A DNA stretch of 64,000 bases, taken from Calditrichia bacterium. Its GTDB lineage: Bacteria; Calditrichota; Calditrichia; RBG-13-44-9; J075. The notes under the pieces were generated by a model that worked only from the letters and a program-made list of their open reading frames with translations, did not search any database and was not told where the DNA came from. Numbering within the stretch: the first letter of the stretch is position 1; each line of letters starts with the position of its first letter. Positions 58,641 to 64,000 of the stretch are shown in pieces. The stretch covers positions 1-64,000 of the forward strand of contig JBOEGD010000024.1 of NCBI GenBank assembly GCA_050633245.1, in the 5' to 3' direction. The position numbers and the translations under genes are program-made.

Positions 58641-58726
58641 TTCTGAGACCCTTACGTATTCGAGTCAATATAATAAGATAGATGTGACAATACAATAATT
58701 GTGCTAATAAGGATTACTATCAAGCA

Positions 58727-59482
58727 ATGGAAATAGTTTCGAAGAATGTAGTATTTGTTTTGGTCGAACCGGAGACGCCTGGGAACGTGGGCTCAGCAGC
58801 ACGGGCTATAAAAACCATGGGCTTTAACAGGATGGCATTGGTGAACCCTTGTGACCATCTAAGCAGAGATGCGCGAATGCTTGCGCACGGATCGAACGAT
58901 ATCCTCGAGGCCGCTCAAGTGTTCTCTACTCTGGAGGAAGCGGTATGGGATTCCAATCTGGTTATTGCGACAACAAATCGCAAACGCGACTTTCAACATC
59001 CGATATTTACTCCCGAACAAGTTGCAGAACGTGCGATTATTGCATCGAATGAACATAAAGTTGCGCTGGTTTTTGGGCGTGAAAGTAAGGGGCTTACCAA
59101 TGAAGAACTTACCACCTGCCATTTAATGTCTACCATTCCGGCGGTGTTAAATCATCCTTCATTAAACTTAGCCCAGTCTATTATGCTTTATGCCTACTCG
59201 CTACATCGTGCCACGGTGCCAGACGATCGGGTTTATCGCTGGGACTTAGCCAGCTACGAAAATGTTCAGGGTGTTTACAGGCATTTGCAGGAAAGCCTGG
59301 AAAGCGTAGACTTTGTTCCCAAAGACAACTGGCCGAGCTTTATTATGCGCTTTAAGCGGGTTTTCGCCCGCGCAAACCCAGAGGAGCGAGATGTTCGACT
59401 GATGCACAAGATTTTACAGTCGTTCGATTTCTACATCGAGGGCTTGAGAAAAAAGAACCTCATGGAGGGAGATAAGAAATGA
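58727..59482 (+). CDS. TrmJ/LasT-family SPOUT RNA methyltransferase
   Basis: VLVEP..PGNVGSAARA.KTMG, ALVFGRE..GLTNEEL, SLNLAQS. Confidence 0.93.
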   Translation: MEIVSKNVVFVLVEPETPGNVGSAARAIKTMGFNRMALVNPCDHLSRDARMLAHGSNDILEAAQVFSTLEEAVWDSNLVIATTNRKRDFQHPIFTPEQVAERAIIASNEHKVALVFGRESKGLTNEELTTCHLMSTIPAVLNHPSLNLAQSIMLYAYSLHRATVPDDRVYRWDLASYENVQGVYRHLQESLESVDFVPKDNWPSFIMRFKRVFARANPEERDVRLMHKILQSFDFYIEGLRKKNLMEGDKK

Positions 59483-60870
59483 AGTATTATTTTCTCGGTA
59501 TTGGAGGAACGGCTATGGCTGCGCTTGCAGTTTTGTTAAAGCAGCGTGGCCATGACGTATGGGGCAGTGACAAAGGTATTTATCCACCCATGAGCGATTT
59601 TCTGGCGGAACATAAAATTGACGTTATTGAAGGTTTTTCTGCAGACAATCTGAAGCGCGATTTTGATGTTGCGGTTATCGGTAATGCTCTTTCACGAGGG
59701 AATCCGGAAGTCGAAGCAATTTTGGCAGATAAACATCCATTTACCTGCCTGCCGGAAATTATCCGGCATGAATTTGCAGTCAGGCATAAAAATATCGTCG
59801 TTACCGGAACGCATGGAAAAACGACAACAACGTCATTGATGTCTTGGGTGCTTCAGCACGGAAAAATGGATCCCACTTTTTTGATTGGTGGAATTGCAAA
59901 AAACTTCGACTCATCTATTCAGAATGGTTCCGGCGATTATTTTGTGATCGAAGGGGATGAATACGACTGTGCATTCTTCGATAAACGTCCGAAGTTTATT
60001 CATTACTTTCCGGATTATTTAATTTTGAATAACATCGAATTTGATCATGCAGATATTTATCCCGACCTGGAGTCGATTAAAAATGAATTTCGTAAATTGT
60101 TGCGAATCGTACCCGAGAATGGACTTGTCGTCGCAAATGCAGAAAGCCCGGCTGTCATGTCGGTAGTGGAAAAAGTCTGCTCCCGGCTTGAAACGTTTGG
60201 GCGCAGTCGCGAAAATGACTGGTCTTATGAAATCGTTGAGATGGGACGTGCGACCCGCTTCGACTTATTACAGAAGGGGCAGTTTGTGCAGCAATTCGAG
60301 ATTCCCTTTCCGGGAGAGTTTCAGGTGCAAAACGCCGTAGCAGTATGTGCCGTTGCCCATTCGATTGGTTTGGATTGGCAAACTATTGGCGAGGCCTTGT
60401 CTACATTTGAGGGCGTAAAACGACGTATGGAATTTTGGGGCAAGCTGGATGGTGCAGATGTGTACGACGATTTTGCACATCATCCAACAGCCATTGGCGC
60501 TACGCTTGCCGGCGTAAAGCAAAAATTCCCCGGTCGCAGATTGGTAGCGCTTTTTGAGCCGCGAACAAATACCACGGTGCGAAACATCTTTCAGGATGAT
60601 TTGGTTACAGCTCTCGCTGAAGCTGATGCCTCTGTTGTAACGCCGATTCACAGAGCAGAGCGAATGCCCGTTGAGCAGCGCTTATCGCTAACTGCCCTTG
60701 CAGATGCGCTTGGAAAGAAACAACATACGGCTCATCTCGTTGATGACTATCAGAAGTTGATTCCGGAACTGCGTCAGCAGCTGCGCGATGGGGATGTATT
60801 GATATTGCTAACGAACGGTAGCTTAGGTGGACAATATAAGAGGTTGAGGGATTTGGTTCAGGTACGCTGA
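59479..60870 (+). CDS. mpl: Murein peptide ligase
   Basis: GIGGTAM..LA, YPPMS, GNALSRGNPEVE, GTHGKTTT, EGDEYD.AFFDKR.KF, EFDHADI, DDFAHHPTAI, EPRTNT. Confidence 0.93.
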   Translation: MKYYFLGIGGTAMAALAVLLKQRGHDVWGSDKGIYPPMSDFLAEHKIDVIEGFSADNLKRDFDVAVIGNALSRGNPEVEAILADKHPFTCLPEIIRHEFAVRHKNIVVTGTHGKTTTTSLMSWVLQHGKMDPTFLIGGIAKNFDSSIQNGSGDYFVIEGDEYDCAFFDKRPKFIHYFPDYLILNNIEFDHADIYPDLESIKNEFRKLLRIVPENGLVVANAESPAVMSVVEKVCSRLETFGRSRENDWSYEIVEMGRATRFDLLQKGQFVQQFEIPFPGEFQVQNAVAVCAVAHSIGLDWQTIGEALSTFEGVKRRMEFWGKLDGADVYDDFAHHPTAIGATLAGVKQKFPGRRLVALFEPRTNTTVRNIFQDDLVTALAEADASVVTPIHRAERMPVEQRLSLTALADALGKKQHTAHLVDDYQKLIPELRQQLRDGDVLILLTNGSLGGQYKRLRDLVQVR

Positions 60871-62375
60871 CTCTTTCCTGGCAGGAGGCCAATAGGAGCT
60901 TTGTTGGCTACTCTGGTAGCGAACTCTCGCCGGACTTGATTGAATTCCCGTTGAGTGTCCAAAAAAATATCGAATATGTAGGGATTAAAGTGGCTTCCGC
61001 GATCGCGAGCCATAATCTCGAGCGCATTTTCATGACTAAAAGGTGGCTTGTAAATGCGTTTGGAAGTGAGCGCATCATACACATCTGCAATTGCGGTAAT
61101 CTGGGCTGAGAGGGGAATGTCTTCACCAGATAGTCCATTCGGATAGCCACTTCCGTCATATTTCTCATGATGTGCGTGAGCGATATCCATTCCCATCTTT
61201 AGCAAATCTGTCTCTCCATATTGTTCTCGAATCGCTAACAGTGTTTCGAAACCAATGGTTGTATGGGTCTGCATTCGCCGAAATTCAACTTCATCTAATC
61301 GTCCCTTTTTTAGCAGAATTCTATCTGGTATTCCAACCTTACCAATGTCGTGTAGTGGAGCGGCTTTGAAGAGCACGGAAATAAAGTGCTCAGAAATTTT
61401 CTCTTCAAAGCGCAGATCATCAGACATTGCTGTTGCCAATATGCGACAATAGCTGCGAATTTTTTCGAGGTGAAAACCGGTCTCGGGATCGCGATACTCC
61501 GCCAGCCTTGCCAGTCCGAATATGATGGCTTCATTTGCCATGCTGTGCTGTTGAAGACTATCAACTAATGCTGTTTGTATGGCACGCTTTTCAGTGATGT
61601 CGGTAATTACGACTGCATAGGCAAAGGTTTGCCCACTTTCTTCCTTCATCGGTGAACAGGCGATGTTGGCTATCCACGGATCACGCCCAGCTGTTTTTAG
61701 CTCAAATTCACGCTGCCATTTACCCTGTTGTTTCAGGGAACTAATCACACTCCTGAAGCTAAGGCGGGTTTTAAACAAATTTGGAATTTGGAAAATCCGT
61801 TTATCAATAAGCGCTTCTTCTGCCAGGCCACTCATGTGGCGAAACCCTCTGTTCACTTTGATAATCATTCCGGTAGTATCAAGAATTAACAGACCTTCTC
61901 GCCGGCTTTCGAACAAATCCTGAAAAATCCGCAATTCTTTAACGCGTTTATTCAACACGCCACGCAAATCGGTCATTAGTTGCTGCTGAACCGCATTTTT
62001 CCGACTCTTTTGAATGGCCTTCTTTACCTTATTGCTAAAGGTTGCCAGTGAAATAGGCTTTATTAAAAAATCGCACACTCCGCCTTTAAGCATTCGAATG
62101 GCAGTGTCAGCATCCGGCTTACCGGTGATTATCATAAATGGGAGATTGGGATAGCTTTCGCGAACCACATCGAATAGTGCTGCGCCATTACCTCCGGGCA
62201 TGTAGAAATCGGATATAACAATATCAAAGGTATAGCGATCCAGATAGTTGATGCCCTGCTGAATATCCGTCGCGCTAACCGTTTCAATGCCTTCTCTATT
62301 GAGTATCTCGGAAAGCGCCTGAGCTATTTCATACTCGTCATCCAAAATAAGCGCTCGGTAATGATACTGTCCCAT
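60858..62375 (-). CDS. REC-PAS-HD-GYP cyclic-dinucleotide phosphodiesterase
   Basis: REC with conserved Asp; PAS/PAC (DITE); E.RD.ETG.H, LHDIGK, HHEKYDGSGYP, ADVYDAL...R.YK. Confidence 0.94.
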   Translation of the reverse strand: MGQYHYRALILDDEYEIAQALSEILNREGIETVSATDIQQGINYLDRYTFDIVISDFYMPGGNGAALFDVVRESYPNLPFMIITGKPDADTAIRMLKGGVCDFLIKPISLATFSNKVKKAIQKSRKNAVQQQLMTDLRGVLNKRVKELRIFQDLFESRREGLLILDTTGMIIKVNRGFRHMSGLAEEALIDKRIFQIPNLFKTRLSFRSVISSLKQQGKWQREFELKTAGRDPWIANIACSPMKEESGQTFAYAVVITDITEKRAIQTALVDSLQQHSMANEAIIFGLARLAEYRDPETGFHLEKIRSYCRILATAMSDDLRFEEKISEHFISVLFKAAPLHDIGKVGIPDRILLKKGRLDEVEFRRMQTHTTIGFETLLAIREQYGETDLLKMGMDIAHAHHEKYDGSGYPNGLSGEDIPLSAQITAIADVYDALTSKRIYKPPFSHENALEIMARDRGSHFNPYIFDIFLDTQREFNQVRREFATRVANKAPIGLLPGKSQRT

Positions 62376-62594
62376 TAAATTCCTTCCCTTGTTTACAAGG
62401 CTATTGTCGTCTTTTACAGGTTGAAAATTAGCCTCAATAACAGAAGTTGTTGTGAATTTGGGAAGCTTAACCAGCGTTCCCGGAGGCCATTTTAAGAGTG
62501 ACTTGGTAGCACACCTGTTGTTAATTGTTCACTCTGGTGATACATTTAAGAGCTAAAAACACCACTATTTGGCGTTTATTGAGGGGAATTGTGC

Positions 62595-62610
62595 TGGCAT
62601 TTACTTTGCT
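62595..62610 (+). promoter_or_regulatory. Sigma54 -24/-12 promoter
   Basis: TGGCAT-TTACT-TTGCT with exact GG-N10-GC spacing, 46 nt upstream of ATG 62657. Confidence 0.65.
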
Positions 62611-62656
62611 TTATTCAATGGCAGAACGATTACTTAGAATGAATGAGGTTAGAGTT

Positions 62657-63253
62657 ATGAATAAGATTTTATTGATTGGATTGCTTCTCTTTTCGAGTTG
62701 GATTTTTGCTCAGGAGGAACCTGCAAAAACGGAATCCATGCTGCGAAGCCATCATGGATTGAAAGTTAACTTCGGTGTTGGCGGGTTTGAAAATAAGATT
62801 AAGCAGCTTGACGGACGTATTACAGGTGGTGCACTAACGCTGGGGCTTGGTTGGGGAATAAATGAAACGTCTACGATTTGGCTTACAGTACTTGGTGCAG
62901 GTGAGGAAAAAGAAGAATCTCAGCTGGAACAAGAGGGTTTCTTTGCCTTAGAGTTAGGGTGGCAATATCGCCTGCGTCCGAAAAAAACTGTCCAGCCGTA
63001 TGGAAAGATTGGATTGGGAGCCTATTTTCTCGGGCAAGAGCTTCTATCATACTCTGGTGGAGGGTTGGCACTCGCGGTTGGTGTGGACTGGGATTTGTCC
63101 CGACACATCTTGATCGGTGCAGAGTTTCAGGTAAAGGGCCAAGAATATTCGGAGCGCCGCATGACGCTTAACGGCACTGAGACGGTTGTCGATTTGAACC
63201 CATCGCTGGAAGGAGAGTCTAGCGGAATACTCCTCACGTTGACTATCCGCTAG
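62657..63253 (+). CDS. Small outer-membrane beta-barrel protein
   Basis: ATG 62657 with SD GAGG gives a clean signal peptide MNKILLIGLLLFSSWIFA; PY.K.GLG and GVDW strands. Confidence 0.75.
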   Translation: MNKILLIGLLLFSSWIFAQEEPAKTESMLRSHHGLKVNFGVGGFENKIKQLDGRITGGALTLGLGWGINETSTIWLTVLGAGEEKEESQLEQEGFFALELGWQYRLRPKKTVQPYGKIGLGAYFLGQELLSYSGGGLALAVGVDWDLSRHILIGAEFQVKGQEYSERRMTLNGTETVVDLNPSLEGESSGILLTLTIR

Positions 63254-63256
63254 TTG

Positions 63257-64000
63257 CTAATTGAGTAGTAGCGGGTCTGACGGTTCGGTCGACGATTCGT
63301 CGCCTGTATCATTGACCAGCAAATTTTTGCGCTGTTTTAGGGATTCCTGAAGCTGTGGATAGGCGACTGAATAACGACCGACAGCGTAATGTTCGATCAT
63401 GTTGGGCAGAAAGACCTCAAGTTCTGTCCACATTTCGAGCTCCAAATAGCTGCGGCACAAGAAAAACGCCAGCGTTTCCATGTCAAAAAAGTCTGAGTCG
63501 AGTCTAGTTATCGTTTTGCAACATGTAATGAGCTCCTCAAAATCTCGCTTCTCATAAAGCAGATGAGCAATTCCAAAATAACCTGACGCCTTGTCTGAAT
63601 CGGTTGTTGCATCAGTGATAATGCGTTCGAAAAGCTTCTCGGCTTCGCGATTTTCCTTTTCATAAAACAGAATGAAGCCAAGATAATAGCGATTTGCCCT
63701 GAGGTAAGCAGCCTCATCTTCACTAAAGTGCTCGATTGCTTTTTCCAAATAGGGCCGTGCTTCTTTTGTCAGATTCTGTGTGTAGAATATCTTACCGATT
63801 TCAAACAACACATAACGTTTCTCGCGTTCCTCTAGTGGTTGGCCGAGTGCATCCTGCAGAAAAGCCAGCGCCTTATCGGGCTGATCAGTGAATTCGTAGC
63901 AGAAACCGGTAAGCCGCAGGCAGTCAAAAACTTGTTTCTGATTGATGTGGGGGCTTCCCAAAGCCATCTCAAAATAAGGTCCTGCTTTAGAAAATTCCTT
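63257..64000 (-). CDS. TPR protein, 5' end truncated by the window edge
   Basis: TPR motifs; the frame stays open from 63967 to the window end (KEFSKAGPYFEM...). Confidence 0.8.
   Translation of the reverse strand, partial: KEFSKAGPYFEMALGSPHINQKQVFDCLRLTGFCYEFTDQPDKALAFLQDALGQPLEEREKRYVLFEIGKIFYTQNLTKEARPYLEKAIEHFSEDEAAYLRANRYYLGFILFYEKENREAEKLFERIITDATTDSDKASGYFGIAHLLYEKRDFEELITCCKTITRLDSDFFDMETLAFFLCRSYLELEMWTELEVFLPNMIEHYAVGRYSVAYPQLQESLKQRKNLLVNDTGDESSTEPSDPLLLN

Overview
A 64 kb chromosomal window from a diderm bacterium. Gene style and content suggest Calditrichota or a related FCB-adjacent lineage (inference only). It is mostly housekeeping and envelope genes: trkAH, ltaE, metF, PPi-dependent PFK, fadL plus GDSL lipase, glyA, rsgA, PBP1A, two GT2s, trmB, recJ, rodZ, hldE-type kinase, lutA, frameshifted prfB, a SpoIID-domain protein, trmJ and mpl. 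A signalling-rich right end holds an orphan family-5 SBP / dCache kinase / sigma54 activator / OMP operon, an HDOD gene coupled to a His-less hybrid kinase, and a REC-PAS-HD-GYP gene. I saw no rRNA, tRNA, CRISPR array, integrase or transposase. The most interesting signals are missing from the ORF track. (1) A complete ~67-nt small-RNA transcription unit at 39526-39626 (-): near-consensus sigma70 promoter, 5' UUCG hairpin, single-stranded CCUCCCUCCC anti-SD-like segment and its own terminator. (2) A 27-aa hydrophobic small ORF with a strong SD and its own terminator. (3) A hicB gene followed by a HicA-like gene lacking the catalytic GSH motif. (4) A 1470-aa STAND NTPase-TPR protein with a ~300-aa acidic linker. 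(5) A lipoprotein plus FadL-like barrel operon resembling extra Bacteroidota BAM subunits. (6) Two sigma54 promoters in front of unknown exported proteins. (7) A dispersed REP-like repeat family. Family assignments come from motif recognition by eye, not database searches.
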